A stretch of DNA of 64,000 bases from an uncultured candidatus Brocadiaceae bacterium (GTDB taxonomy: Bacteria > Planctomycetota > UBA1135 > UBA2386): NCBI GenBank assembly GCA_964483245.1, contig CAZABP010000016.1, positions 5,344 through 69,343 of the forward strand. The letters are read 5' to 3'. Positions within the stretch are counted from its first letter, which is position 1; the number at the start of each line of letters is the position of its first letter. Positions 46,071 to 55,813 of the stretch are shown here, piece after piece. The position numbers were made by a program, and so were the translations under genes. The notes under the pieces are model-generated. The model ran no database searches. It was not told where the DNA came from and saw only the letters and a list, made by a program, of their open reading frames with translations.

Positions 46071-47062
46071 ACGCCGTAGAAGTAGAAGAACCGCGGCCGC
46101 GTGTTCAGCTCGGCCTTCAGCACGAACACGCGCTTGTGCTCGAGGATGTAGCGGACCTCGGAGTTCGGATCGCGCAGGTTGCCGAACTTGCGCGCGCCGA
46201 CCGGGCAGACTTCGACGCAGGCCGGATAGCGGCCATTGCGCACGCGCTGGATGCAGAACGTGCACTTCTCGACGACGCCCTTCATACGCGGGCGGTTGCC
46301 GAGGTAATGCGTCTTCGGATTCAACTCCTCGGCCGGCACCTGCGGCTCGGCGAAGTTGAAGCTGCGCGCGCCGTACGGACATGCCGACATGCAGCAGCGG
46401 CAGCCGATGCACCAGTCGTAGTCGATGACGACGATGCCGTCCTGCTCCTGCCAGGTGGCGCCGACCGGGCAGGACTTCACGCACGGCGCGTTCTGGCACT
46501 GCTGGCAGGCGACCGGCAGATAGAAGTGCCCCGGGCGCGGCACCTGCTCGGCGTCGTAGTAGAGATCGGCGTGGGCGAAATCGATGCCCTTGTCCTTCTC
46601 CATCTCCAGCACGCGGATCCAGTGGGTCTGCGGATCACGGCTCTGGTTGTTCTCTTCGACGCACGCATACACGCAACGCCGGCAGCCGACGCAGCGCGAG
46701 ATGTCGAGCGCGTAGCCGAACTCGACGCCCGGCAGCGGCGGCTCCGCGCCGACCGTTACCGGTTGGCCGAAGCGTTCGGTGTGTGCGCGGTCGAGGTCGG
46801 CCAGGATCTCCGCCTTCTCCGCATCACCGAGATCGCGGAAGCGCTTGCGGAACCAGCTCGTGTGCGTGAGATCGCCGCACCCGGCGGTCGTGGCGGCGGC
46901 GAGGCAGCCGGCGAGGACGCACAGGAACTCACGACGCGACGGAACCGGCTCGTCGAGTCCGCCGGCACCAGCCGGCGCGCCCGGTTTCGTCGCGCTCGAT
47001 GGATCACCGGATCCGCGGCACGCCGCCGGTTCCGCGCAAGGATCTCCACCGTGGCAGCTCAT
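46067..47062 (-). CDS. 4Fe-4S ferredoxin-type subunit (PsrB/NrfC-like) with a twin-arginine signal
   Basis: SRREFL Tat motif. Cluster motifs CVGCRRCVYAC, CQQCQNAPC, CIGCRCCMSAC, CTFC...CVEVCP. ATGA overlap with the cytochrome gene. Confidence 0.8.
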   Translation of the reverse strand: MSCHGGDPCAEPAACRGSGDPSSATKPGAPAGAGGLDEPVPSRREFLCVLAGCLAAATTAGCGDLTHTSWFRKRFRDLGDAEKAEILADLDRAHTERFGQPVTVGAEPPLPGVEFGYALDISRCVGCRRCVYACVEENNQSRDPQTHWIRVLEMEKDKGIDFAHADLYYDAEQVPRPGHFYLPVACQQCQNAPCVKSCPVGATWQEQDGIVVIDYDWCIGCRCCMSACPYGARSFNFAEPQVPAEELNPKTHYLGNRPRMKGVVEKCTFCIQRVRNGRYPACVEVCPVGARKFGNLRDPNSEVRYILEHKRVFVLKAELNTRPRFFYFYGV

Positions 47063-47604
47063 GGTCGTTTCTCCGCGGGCCGGATCGGCGGTGGCTTCGG
47101 CGGCAGCGGCTGGAACGCCGGCGCGTGCGAGTTGTGGCAGTGCACGCACAGCAGATACGTCTTGTGGCCGTTCCACATCCCGCTGCGCCGCCCGTGCACG
47201 CCGGCGCGCCAATCGCGGTACTTGTCGCCGTGGCACTGACCGCAGAGCCGGTACGACTCGGTGAACTCGATCAGCTCGCCGCTCGCCAGGTGCAGCTTGT
47301 CGCGGTCCGCTGTGTCGTGGCAGTCCAGGCACCAGCGGTTCTGCTCGTCGTGCGCCAGCGTGATCTCCTTGTGCGCCTTGCGCATCGGGCGCCGCTTGGT
47401 GTTGGTCGGAATGTCCGGCTCGTGGCAGTCCGAGCACGGGAATGCGCCCTGCGAGAACGGAGGAGGCGGCACTTCGATCGCCCCGAGCTCACCCGGCTCC
47501 TGCGCCGCGGGCGCGAACGGGATCTGACGCCAATGCAGTTCACCCGGCGCCGCGTCGCACGCTGCGCCGGCGAGAACCAGCAATGGCAGCAGGATGATCC
47601 TCAC
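47059..47604 (-). CDS. tetraheme c-type cytochrome lipoprotein
   Basis: Four CxxCH motifs (CSDCH, CLDCH, CGQCH, CVHCH). GTG 47604 preceded by GAGG gives MRIILLPLLVLAGAAC. The ORF-track start at 47631 is a TTG alternative. Confidence 0.75.
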   Translation of the reverse strand: MRIILLPLLVLAGAACDAAPGELHWRQIPFAPAAQEPGELGAIEVPPPPFSQGAFPCSDCHEPDIPTNTKRRPMRKAHKEITLAHDEQNRWCLDCHDTADRDKLHLASGELIEFTESYRLCGQCHGDKYRDWRAGVHGRRSGMWNGHKTYLLCVHCHNSHAPAFQPLPPKPPPIRPAEKRP

Positions 47605-47759
47605 GTGACCTCGTGGCCGGCGCGTGAGCAAATGCAGGGCCCGAGGGCTTCCTGCACTCTTGCGGGTGAGCCGCGCACGTCACGGCGCGGTCCCCAGGGT
47701 CACCGCCGTGGTCCGGCGGTGCGGAGAATTCCTCGGTGCGCGGACTTTTTCGCTCTCCG

Positions 47760-48686
47760 CTACCGCGACAGCCCACCCGCCGCGGCCGACTGCAGCACCA
47801 GCGACTCCACCTCGAATCCGCGGCTGCGCAGCTCCTCCTGCATCGCGGCCTCGATCCCGGCGACCGCCGCGGAATGCGTCGTCAGCGCGACCAGACCTGG
47901 CCCGTGGCCGGCGATCGTGGCGCCGGCGGCGCCGGCGGCGAGCGCAGCGTCGAGCGCCTGTTCGAGGCCGGGCACGAGCGTGCGCCGGTAGGGGACGTGC
48001 ACCTCGTCGTAGATCGCAATCTTCAGCAGCTCCTCGTCAGCGCTCGCGAGCGCGCGCAGCAGCGCGACGAGCCGCCCGGACGTGCGCCAGACGGCGGCGT
48101 GCGGCAGCGTCGGCGGAATGATCCGGCGGTTGTCGGCGGTGCCGATGTGGACGCGCGGCACGGCGACGGCGAAGCGCCAGCGCGGGTCGATCGGATGGTG
48201 CAGGGCCCGGAACGAGACCGGCTCGTTCGGCCGCGACACGAGCGTCGCGGACGCGAGGCCGCCGAGCAGTGCGGCCGGCGCATGCGCCTGATCCGCCCCC
48301 AGCTGCACGAGATGGCCGAGCAGCGCATCCGGTTCCGGCCGCTGCCGCGCGAAGTGCACGGCGGCGGCGGCGCCCGCGGCATACGCGGCGGTGTTGCTGC
48401 CGAGTCCGGCGGCAATCGGGATCTGCGACTCGACGGCGAAGCGCAGGCAGGGCGGGGTCTTCAGCTCGAACGAGGCGACCACGCGCTGGAACGCCCGCAG
48501 CAGCGGCTCGTGGCGCTGATCCATCAGCGGTTCGGCGGCGCCGCGCCGTTCGAGGCGGTGGCCGTGTCCCTTCTCCTGGTGCACGGTGACACTCAGGAAC
48601 CGGTCGACGGCGATGCCGAGCACGCCGAACCCGGGACCGAGGTGCGCGATCGTGGCCGGGATCTGGAAGCGGAACAGCTCGGTCAC
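47760..48686 (-). CDS. thrB: homoserine kinase (GHMP family)
   Basis: IPATIAHLGPGFGVLGIAV and IPIAAGLGSNTAA motifs. GTG start at 48686. Confidence 0.7.
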   Translation of the reverse strand: MTELFRFQIPATIAHLGPGFGVLGIAVDRFLSVTVHQEKGHGHRLERRGAAEPLMDQRHEPLLRAFQRVVASFELKTPPCLRFAVESQIPIAAGLGSNTAAYAAGAAAAVHFARQRPEPDALLGHLVQLGADQAHAPAALLGGLASATLVSRPNEPVSFRALHHPIDPRWRFAVAVPRVHIGTADNRRIIPPTLPHAAVWRTSGRLVALLRALASADEELLKIAIYDEVHVPYRRTLVPGLEQALDAALAAGAAGATIAGHGPGLVALTTHSAAVAGIEAAMQEELRSRGFEVESLVLQSAAAGGLSR

Positions 48687-48798
48687 AGCGGGATCTTCGG
48701 CGCGCGCGGACCTCGCACAAGAACGCGGATGCGACCGGCCGGCGTGGCGGGACGGTCGCGTTTCAGCCGGCGCGCGTGCCGAGCCGATCCTCCGCCTG

Positions 48799-49407
48799 AT
48801 GATCGTGATCCCGGCGATCCTGCTGCAGGACGGCAAGGCGACGGCGGCTCCGGCCGCGGCCGCTGGCATCTCCGATCCGCTGGCGGCGGTCCGTGCCGTC
48901 GAGCGGGGCGGCGCACCGTTCGTGCACCTCGAAGACCTCGACCTGCGTGCCGGGCGCGAGCCGCAGCGCGCGGTCTACGAGCAGCTCGCGGGTGACCTGC
49001 GGCCGTTCCAGGTCGGCGGCGCCAACGACCTCGAGGCGGCGAAGGCGCTGCTCGAGCTCGGCGCCGAGCGTGTCGTGCTCGGTGCCGTCGCGTTCGCGGA
49101 CCCGGCCGCGACGAAGAAGCTGATCGCAAAGACCCCGGCGCGCTTCGCCGTGGCGCTCGAGCTGGCGGACGGCGCGGTCGCCGGCCAGCCGCTCGCCGAT
49201 GCGCTGCGCGCGCTCGGCAAGCTGGATGCGCGCACGCTGCTGCTGCTCGGACCGGAGTGGACTGCGACCCAGATCGAACAGGTCGCCAAGGCGGCCGAGG
49301 CAGCGATCCTGCTCGGCCGCGAAGGGGAGGCCGAGGCGCTGCTGGCAGCGGCGGCGGAACTCGGCGAGCGGGTGACGGGTCTGCTCGCGTTCCCGCCCGC
49401 CGGCTGA
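48799..49407 (+). CDS. HisA/HisF-like (beta/alpha)8 barrel protein, apparently degenerate
   Basis: MIVIPAILLQDGKA resembles HisA IIPAIDLKDGK but has Leu where Asp is expected. VGGANDLEAAKALLELGAERVVLG resembles GGGIRS...G..RVIIG. About 200 aa only. Confidence 0.5.
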   Translation: MIVIPAILLQDGKATAAPAAAAGISDPLAAVRAVERGGAPFVHLEDLDLRAGREPQRAVYEQLAGDLRPFQVGGANDLEAAKALLELGAERVVLGAVAFADPAATKKLIAKTPARFAVALELADGAVAGQPLADALRALGKLDARTLLLLGPEWTATQIEQVAKAAEAAILLGREGEAEALLAAAAELGERVTGLLAFPPAG

Positions 49408-49453
49408 CGCTCGCGCGGACCGCTTCCGTTCGCCGGATCCGCGATCTGCCGGA

Positions 49454-50014
49454 TCAGCGCTTCTCCGGCTTCGGCAGGTACTCCGGTGGAAGCGTCAGTT
49501 CGCCAGCCTCGTTGGCCCAGGCCAGGCTCGCGATCCACCAGCGCTCGCCTTCCTGCACGAGCTGGAACGAATTGATCCCACGCATGACCGGTGGTGCGTC
49601 CGGTTTGCGGCGGATCTCGTAGCTGCTGAACACCTGCGCGAGCGGGCCAAAGCGATCGACGCGCCGCGCGATCTCCTGCTCGAACATCCCGTCCCGCTCG
49701 AGCTGCGGACCGACTCGCTGCGCGTAGTCGTCGAGCGTGAGCTCGACGCGCCGCGTGCCACCACCTCGCGCGGGCACGAGGGCGTGCAGGCGCGCCTGCG
49801 GCAGGAACAGGCGGCGCATGCGCGCGAAGTCACGTGGCTGTCCGGCCGGGCCGGACACACACGCGTAGACCGCGGCGAGCAGCGCGTCGACGCTCGCGCC
49901 GTCGGGAGTCCCGTCGGTGGCCGCAGCCGGCGCCGGCGCCGGTGCAGGCACCGGGTCCTGCGAGGTCGGGGTGGAGATCAGGACGAACAGCAGCGGAAGG
50001 AGCGGGCGCAGCAT
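49454..50014 (-). CDS. hypothetical secreted protein (NTF2/SnoaL-like fold suspected)
   Basis: Signal peptide MLRPLLPLLFVLISTP followed by a PAPAPAPA linker. Confidence 0.55.
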   Translation of the reverse strand: MLRPLLPLLFVLISTPTSQDPVPAPAPAPAAATDGTPDGASVDALLAAVYACVSGPAGQPRDFARMRRLFLPQARLHALVPARGGGTRRVELTLDDYAQRVGPQLERDGMFEQEIARRVDRFGPLAQVFSSYEIRRKPDAPPVMRGINSFQLVQEGERWWIASLAWANEAGELTLPPEYLPKPEKR

Positions 50015-50027
50015 CGTGCGCGCGAGC

Positions 50028-51557
50028 CTACACGTCGAACCGGATCCCCTGCGCGAGCGGGAGCTCGTCCCCCCAGTTCACGGTGCTGGTCTGGCGGCGC
50101 ATGTAGGCCTTCCAGGAATCCGAGCCGGACTCGCGCCCGCCGCCGGTCTCCTTCTCACCGCCGAACGCGCCGCCGATCTCGGCGCCGGACGTGCCGAGGT
50201 TGACGTTCGCGATCCCGCAGTCGGAGCCGACTTCGCTGAGGAAGCGTTCGGCGTGCCGGACGTTCTGCGTGAAGATCGCCGAGCTGAGCCCTTGCGGGAC
50301 ATCGTTCTGCACCGCGATTGCGTGCTCGACGTCGTCGACCGGGATCAGCCACAGCACCGGGGCGAACGTCTCCTCGTGCGTGATCGCGATCGGTCCGGGG
50401 CAGCGCACGATCGCCGGCGTCACGTAGTGGCCGCCGCGCAACGCTTCGCTCGGCGTGATCGGTTCCCCGCCGCACAGCAGCTCGCCCCCCTGCTCGCGCG
50501 CGATCGCGATCGCACGCTGGAGCGCCTCGACTGCGCCACGATCGACGACCGGGCCCATCAGCGTGCCGGCGTCGAACGGATCCCCGATCCGCACCTGCGC
50601 GTACGCCGCCAGCAGCCGGCGCTCCAGCTCCGGCGCGATCCCGCGCTGCACGAGCACGCGCCGCGTCGACGTGCAGCGCTGTCCAGCCGTGCCGACCGCG
50701 CCGAACAGGATCGAGCGCATCGCCATCGCCAGCTCGGCGTCGTCGAGCACGACGACGGCGTTGTTGCCGCCGAGCTCGAGCAGGGTCCGGCCGAGCCTCC
50801 GGCCGACGCGCTCGGCTACGATCCGGCCCATGCGGACCGAGCCGGTCGCGCTGACGAGCTGCACCTGCGGATCGTCGAGCAGGGCGCTGCCGACGACGTC
50901 ATCGGCCCCGATCACGAGCCCGACGAGGCCGCCGAATCCGGCCGGCTCCAACACGGACGCGGCGACGCGCGTCAGTGCGATGGCGCTGAGCGGGGTCTTC
51001 GGCGACGGCTTCCAGATGCAGGCGTCGCCGCAGACCAGCGCGAGCATCGAGTTCCAGGCCCAGACCGCGGCCGGGAAGTTGAACGCCGTGATGATCCCGA
51101 CCGTCCCGAGCGGGTGCCAGGTCTCGCGCATGCTGTGCTGCGGGCGCTCCGACTTGATCGTCAGGCCCCAGAGCTGCCGCGAGAGTCCCTGCGCGTAGTC
51201 GGCGACGTCGATGCACTCCTGGATCTCGCCGCGTCCCTCTTCGAGCAGCTTGCCGGTCTCGAGCGTGACGAGACGGCCGAGTGCCTCCTTCTGCTCGCGC
51301 AGTGCCAAGCCGATCCGGCGCACGTGCTCGCCGCGCACCGGGGCCGGGACCGAACGCCAGCGCAGGAACGCTTCTCGCGCGGCGGCGCTGACGGTGCGGT
51401 AGTCGGCCGCAGTCGCCATCGCCACGCGCGCACTCTCGCTGCCGTCGATCGGCGTGTGCAGCACCAGTGGGTGCTCGCTCGCCGGCAACCAGCGACCGCC
51501 ATAGGCAGCCGGATTCCGCGGCGTGATCCCGATCGCCTGCAGGAACGCGCGGTCCAT
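50028..51557 (-). CDS. aldehyde dehydrogenase, ALDH7/aminoadipate-semialdehyde (piperideine-6-carboxylate) dehydrogenase-like
   Basis: LELGGNNA and GTAGQRCTS (catalytic Cys) motifs. C-terminal ESGSDSWKAYMRRQT is typical of the ALDH7 clade. Start at ATG 51557 overlaps the upstream stop. Confidence 0.8.
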   Translation of the reverse strand: MDRAFLQAIGITPRNPAAYGGRWLPASEHPLVLHTPIDGSESARVAMATAADYRTVSAAAREAFLRWRSVPAPVRGEHVRRIGLALREQKEALGRLVTLETGKLLEEGRGEIQECIDVADYAQGLSRQLWGLTIKSERPQHSMRETWHPLGTVGIITAFNFPAAVWAWNSMLALVCGDACIWKPSPKTPLSAIALTRVAASVLEPAGFGGLVGLVIGADDVVGSALLDDPQVQLVSATGSVRMGRIVAERVGRRLGRTLLELGGNNAVVVLDDAELAMAMRSILFGAVGTAGQRCTSTRRVLVQRGIAPELERRLLAAYAQVRIGDPFDAGTLMGPVVDRGAVEALQRAIAIAREQGGELLCGGEPITPSEALRGGHYVTPAIVRCPGPIAITHEETFAPVLWLIPVDDVEHAIAVQNDVPQGLSSAIFTQNVRHAERFLSEVGSDCGIANVNLGTSGAEIGGAFGGEKETGGGRESGSDSWKAYMRRQTSTVNWGDELPLAQGIRFDV

Positions 51558-52072
51558 CACAGGTCGTAGTGGCGCAGGTCGATCCCGCGCAGCTGCTTGG
51601 TCCACGCGTAGATCTGGCCGGCATGGCCGGAGAAGTGTTCGAGCACGTGCAACACGCCGCCGGCGCCGTCGGTCTCGAAGCGCCCTTGGAACCGCCGCGG
51701 CGCCAGCAGCTCCTCGGGCGTCAGCCGATCCACGACCGCGACCGCGCGCCGCACGGTCTCTTCGAGCCGCCGCATCAGCTCGGCGCCGCTGGTCGGCACG
51801 CGTGCCGGCGTTGCCGCGAACTCGGCGCCGCGGTCGCGTCGGTCCGGCTCGCCGCCGAGACCGCACAGGATCCACTGCCGGGTGTTCCCCTCCAGGTGCA
51901 GCAGCAGGTTCGCGACCGCGTTGTTGTGCGCCGACGGCTTGCGCCACAGCTCTGCCTCGCTGAGCAGGCGGACGCAACGGCGGATGCGCGGGATGTACTC
52001 CCCGAGCACCCGCAGGCGGAATTCGCGCGCGATCGCGCGCGCCAGGCCGGTGGCCCGATCCTCGCCGGTCAT
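51557..52072 (-). CDS. DinB/DUF1572-like four-helix-bundle protein
   Basis: NLLLHLEGN ... LEHFSGHAGQI His motifs. ATGA overlap with the upstream gene. Confidence 0.6.
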   Translation of the reverse strand: MTGEDRATGLARAIAREFRLRVLGEYIPRIRRCVRLLSEAELWRKPSAHNNAVANLLLHLEGNTRQWILCGLGGEPDRRDRGAEFAATPARVPTSGAELMRRLEETVRRAVAVVDRLTPEELLAPRRFQGRFETDGAGGVLHVLEHFSGHAGQIYAWTKQLRGIDLRHYDL

Positions 52073-52518
52073 GCGACGACGTCCTCGTCGCGCGCGCGCG
52101 CATCGCGCAGCCGTTGCTCGGTGAGCGGTTCGCGCGCGCGTTCGGCTTGCAGGCGCTTCAGCTCGTCTTCGAGCAACGCGAGCCGCTGCGTCAGGTCCTT
52201 GTTGCGCCAGGTCAGCTTCGACAGGCGTACCGAGAATTGCAGCGCCACCGCCAGCAGGAACAGGCAGGCGCCGAAGAACAGCACCGACACCGGCGCTTCG
52301 GCGTGCGCGAGCTCGGTCAGCCAGTACAGCACGCGCAGTTCGAACGCGAGCAGCAGCAGGCCGCTCGCCGTGACGATCCACAGGATCGCGTACTCCTCAC
52401 GCAGCTTGCGCTTGCGGACGAGCTCGACGACGACGAGCAGGATGGCGATCGCGAACACGATCGCGATCGCGCGCTGCCGTTCGGGCAGGTCCGAGCCAGC
52501 ATTGCTCAACTGCAGCAT
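52069..52518 (-). CDS. DUF2304-like small membrane protein with a C-terminal coiled coil
   Basis: Three TM helices followed by LEDELKRLQAERA. Lies immediately downstream of a GT2 gene, a pairing typical of DUF2304 proteins. Confidence 0.6.
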   Translation of the reverse strand: MLQLSNAGSDLPERQRAIAIVFAIAILLVVVELVRKRKLREEYAILWIVTASGLLLLAFELRVLYWLTELAHAEAPVSVLFFGACLFLLAVALQFSVRLSKLTWRNKDLTQRLALLEDELKRLQAERAREPLTEQRLRDARARDEDVVA

Positions 52519-52519
52519 G

Positions 52520-53296
52520 TCAGGTCGTGGCGGGCCTCCGCCCCGCGCGGGAGATCGAGCGCCGGCGCACCGGCAGCAGCGTCAGCGTCAGCAGCATCTT
52601 GTAGACGTAGTACGCGATCTTGCTGCCGCGGTGCATGCTGACGCCGCCCAGGCGCGGGTGCATGACGACCGGGATCTCGCGCAACCGCAGTCCGGCGCGC
52701 GCCAGCTCGATCAGCACATCGGCGTCCGGATAGTCCTCGGGGAACGTGTCGCCGACCAGCTCGCGCAGCGCGTCACGCGACAGCGCCTGGAACCCGGAGG
52801 TCGGATCGGTGCAGCGCGTGCCGGCCCACAGCGTCACGATCTGTGCGAACAGCCAGGAGCCGAGCCGGCGGCTCCAGCTCGTGCGCGGCGGGTTGCCGTT
52901 CAGATAGCGGGAGCCGACCACCACGTCGGCGGCGTCGCCGTCGCTGCCGGACAGCGCGCGCAGCAGCGGCAGCAGGGAGCCGGCATCGTGCTGGCCGTCG
53001 GCGTCCATCTGCACGACCTGCTGGTAGCCGCGCCGCCAGGCCCAGCGATACCCGGTGTGCAGCGCCGCGCCGTAGCCGAGGTTGTGCACGTGCCGCAACA
53101 CGTGCGCGCCGTGCCGCGCCGCGACCGCGCCGGTGTCGTCGCGGCTGCCGTCGTCGACGACGAGCAGGTCGGCGTGCCATGGCGCGCTGCAGACGCCGCT
53201 GGCGCGTACGCCGTCGAGCACGATGCCGATCCGCTCCGCTTCGTTGTGGGCGGGGATCAGGACGAGCGTGGTGCGCGGTTCGATCGGGGCGGCCAA
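52520..53296 (-). CDS. family 2 glycosyltransferase (polyprenol-phosphate sugar transferase-like)
   Basis: LVLIPAHNEAERI, VVDDGSRDDT and QMDADGQHD motifs. Proposed TTG start at 53296 (uncertain). The longer ORF to 53464 adds an Arg-rich extension abutting queA. Confidence 0.7.
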   Translation of the reverse strand: MAAPIEPRTTLVLIPAHNEAERIGIVLDGVRASGVCSAPWHADLLVVDDGSRDDTGAVAARHGAHVLRHVHNLGYGAALHTGYRWAWRRGYQQVVQMDADGQHDAGSLLPLLRALSGSDGDAADVVVGSRYLNGNPPRTSWSRRLGSWLFAQIVTLWAGTRCTDPTSGFQALSRDALRELVGDTFPEDYPDADVLIELARAGLRLREIPVVMHPRLGGVSMHRGSKIAYYVYKMLLTLTLLPVRRRSISRAGRRPATT

Positions 53297-53484
53297 GAGC
53301 GTGCGCAGGATAGGCCCGCGAGGTCGGCGCGTCAGCGCAGCTCCGGCATTGCCCGCGCGCGGTCGCTCCGGCCGTGCGGCCGCAGACGGATGGCGCGAAC
53401 CCCCGGCGCCAGCGGCGTGATCGGTCCGGAGCGCGCCTCGCCGGCCGTTCGAGCGGCGGGGCACGTGCGTATAAGGACGCCGCC

Positions 53485-54522
53485 GTGCGCGTCGACGAGT
53501 TCCACTACGACCTGCCGCCGGAGGCGATCGCGCGGTCGCCGGCGGAGCCGCGAGACGCGGCGAGGCTGCTCGTGTTCGACCGTGGCAGCGACCGCGTCGA
53601 GCACGCGCAGGTGCGCGACCTGCCGGAGTTCCTCCGCCGTGGCGACCTGCTGGTCGTGAACGACACGCGGGTCCTCCCGCACCGGCTGATCGGGCGGCGC
53701 AGCAGCGGCGGCCGCGTCGAACTGCTGCTGCTCGCGCGCCAGGGGGAGGAGGCCGAAGGGCTCGCGAAGCCGGCGCGCAAGCTGCGGCTCGGAGAGCCGG
53801 TCTGGCTCGAACAGGGCGCGCTGCAGGCGGTGCCGCTGGAGAACCTCGGTGCGGGCCGCTTCCGGTTCCGGCTCGCAGCCCGCGATGGCGACATCGACGG
53901 CACGATCGAGCGCATCGGCCGGGCGCCGCTGCCGCCGTACATCCCGCGCGCCGACAGCGACGATCCGGCGGTCGACCGCGAGCGCTACCAGACCCTGTTC
54001 GCGCGCCATCCGGGCGCCGTGGCGGCGCCGACGGCGGGGCTGCACTTCACGCCGGAGATCCTCGCCCGGCTCGACGCGGCCGGTGTGTCCCGCGCGAGTG
54101 TGACGCTGCACGTCGGCGAGGGGACTTTCGCGCCGGTCCGGGTCGACGACGTCGAGCGGCACGAGATGCATGCCGAGTCCTACGTGCTGCCGCCGGAGAC
54201 CGCGACCGCGGTTGCGCAGACGCGCGCTGCCGGGGGGCGCGTCGTCGCGGTCGGCACGACCAGCGCGCGGGTGCTCGAACACTGTGCGACGGCCGCGCGG
54301 ACGGTCACGGCCGGCGCCGGTGAGACGGCGCTGTTCCTGTATCCGGGGCGGCCGGTCCGCGTCGTGGACGCGTTGCTGACGAACTTCCACCTGCCCGGCT
54401 CGACGCTGCTGATGTTGGTCGCGACGCTGACCGGCACGGAGAAGTTGATGGCGCTGTACCGCGAGGCGGTCGCGCGCGAATACCGGTTCTATTCGTACGG
54501 CGACGCGATGCTGGTGCTGTAG
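53485..54522 (+). CDS. queA: S-adenosylmethionine:tRNA ribosyltransferase-isomerase
   Basis: FHYDLPPEAIA, VVNDTRVLP, GRAPLPPYI, AAPTAGLHFT, VGTTSARVLE and LLTNFHLPGSTLLMLV motifs. GTG start at 53485. Confidence 0.9.
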   Translation: MRVDEFHYDLPPEAIARSPAEPRDAARLLVFDRGSDRVEHAQVRDLPEFLRRGDLLVVNDTRVLPHRLIGRRSSGGRVELLLLARQGEEAEGLAKPARKLRLGEPVWLEQGALQAVPLENLGAGRFRFRLAARDGDIDGTIERIGRAPLPPYIPRADSDDPAVDRERYQTLFARHPGAVAAPTAGLHFTPEILARLDAAGVSRASVTLHVGEGTFAPVRVDDVERHEMHAESYVLPPETATAVAQTRAAGGRVVAVGTTSARVLEHCATAARTVTAGAGETALFLYPGRPVRVVDALLTNFHLPGSTLLMLVATLTGTEKLMALYREAVAREYRFYSYGDAMLVL

Positions 54523-54531
54523 TCGCGCGCG

Positions 54532-55782
54532 CTATCGCCGCTTGGTGCGCGCTGACCGGTCCAGTTTGCGCACGACGGCGAGCCGGCGGCGCAGCTCGTC
54601 GTCGGTGTCGAGCGAGTAGCTGCGCCCGTGGCCGATGCCGTCGCGCAGCAGCTTGGTCAAGCTGTCGGCGAGGTCGGTCAGCTGCGTGCGCGCCGGTTTC
54701 GCGACGTCGTCGAACAGACCGAGCACGACGCAACGCTCGTCCGGGTCGTACTCCCAGAAGCCGCGGATCCCGCCGCCGGCGAGCACCGGCCGCAGCGCGG
54801 CGTTGGCGGAGTCGGACAACGGGACCTCCTTCTTGCTGCCCCAACCGGGCAACCGCAACGTGTGGAACTCCGGCTCGACGAACCGCGCGAGCCCGTCCTG
54901 CAGCGCCGTCAGGTTGTCGGCGAACGGCAGCAGCGCGCAGGCCTCGGTGGCTGCGGCCCGGTCGGCGGCTCCGCGCGTCGCTGCAGCGAGCTGCAGGCCT
55001 TGCTCTCCTTCGACCTGGACCTCGCTCAGCCCGAGGCTCGCGGCGGCCGCGGCTGCGTCGCGCTTGCCGATCCCCGCCCACGCGGCGAACGCGTCGACCG
55101 AGGCGACGCCGGCTGCGCGGAAGAACCGCGCCGCGAGCTCGCGCCGGACGTCGGCCGGATCGCGCGACGCGCAGTCGCGCGCGGCCGGCTGCCAGCGATA
55201 GCGCTCGCTGTCCAGGCGTCCATCGATCGGCGTGCGCTCGATGCGGCCGGCGAACTCGAGCTGGCGCAGCGCCGGCGGCAGCGGCGACGACACACCGACC
55301 TTCTTGCCCGCGTCGCCGAGGCTGCGGATGGCGTTCGCCGGCAGTGCGCGGCGCAGCCCGTCCGTCGACTGCGGGCCGTGCTGCTGCAGCGCCGCCAACA
55401 CCTGTTGGCCCAGCTTGGCCAGCTCGCCCGGCCGGATCCCGGCCTTCTTCGCGTCCCGCTCATCGCGCGTCGCCGACAGCTCGCGGGCGATCTGCAGCGC
55501 GAGGTCGCGGTCCTCGTCCGGGACGACGTAGATGCAGCCGCGGACCGACGGACTGACGCGGACGGCGCCGCTGCGCACGGCGGCGTCGAGCTTCGCCCGT
55601 GTCATTCCGGGGCAGCGCGCCCACAGGGCGATGTATGCCTCGGTTCCGCCGAGCGTGCGGACCCAGCCGTGATCGGTGAGGGCACGCGGAACCGGCCGGC
55701 TGCGCGGTGGGGGGAAGCCCTGTGCGCGGATGCGCAGCGCGTTCGCGTCGGCACGCGAGAGCGAGGTCGTCGGCGGCATCAC
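54532..55782 (-). CDS. winged-helix DNA-binding protein, AlkZ/YcaQ-like (possible crosslink-repair glycosylase family)
   Basis: Length and N-terminal pattern (RIRAQGF...HGWVRTLGGTEAYIALWAR) resemble the DUF1006/HTH_42 family. Assigned by eye only. Confidence 0.5.
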   Translation of the reverse strand: MMPPTTSLSRADANALRIRAQGFPPPRSRPVPRALTDHGWVRTLGGTEAYIALWARCPGMTRAKLDAAVRSGAVRVSPSVRGCIYVVPDEDRDLALQIARELSATRDERDAKKAGIRPGELAKLGQQVLAALQQHGPQSTDGLRRALPANAIRSLGDAGKKVGVSSPLPPALRQLEFAGRIERTPIDGRLDSERYRWQPAARDCASRDPADVRRELAARFFRAAGVASVDAFAAWAGIGKRDAAAAAASLGLSEVQVEGEQGLQLAAATRGAADRAAATEACALLPFADNLTALQDGLARFVEPEFHTLRLPGWGSKKEVPLSDSANAALRPVLAGGGIRGFWEYDPDERCVVLGLFDDVAKPARTQLTDLADSLTKLLRDGIGHGRSYSLDTDDELRRRLAVVRKLDRSARTKRR

Positions 55783-55813
55783 GGCCGAGCCTACCCGGGC
55801 GCAGGCCGGAGGT

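Noticed and set aside
53297-53464. Longer N-terminus of the GT2 gene (start at 53464)
   Set aside because: It adds about 55 Arg/Gly/Ala-rich residues before the canonical LVLIPAHNE N-terminus. It would also leave only about 20 bp to the divergent queA start.
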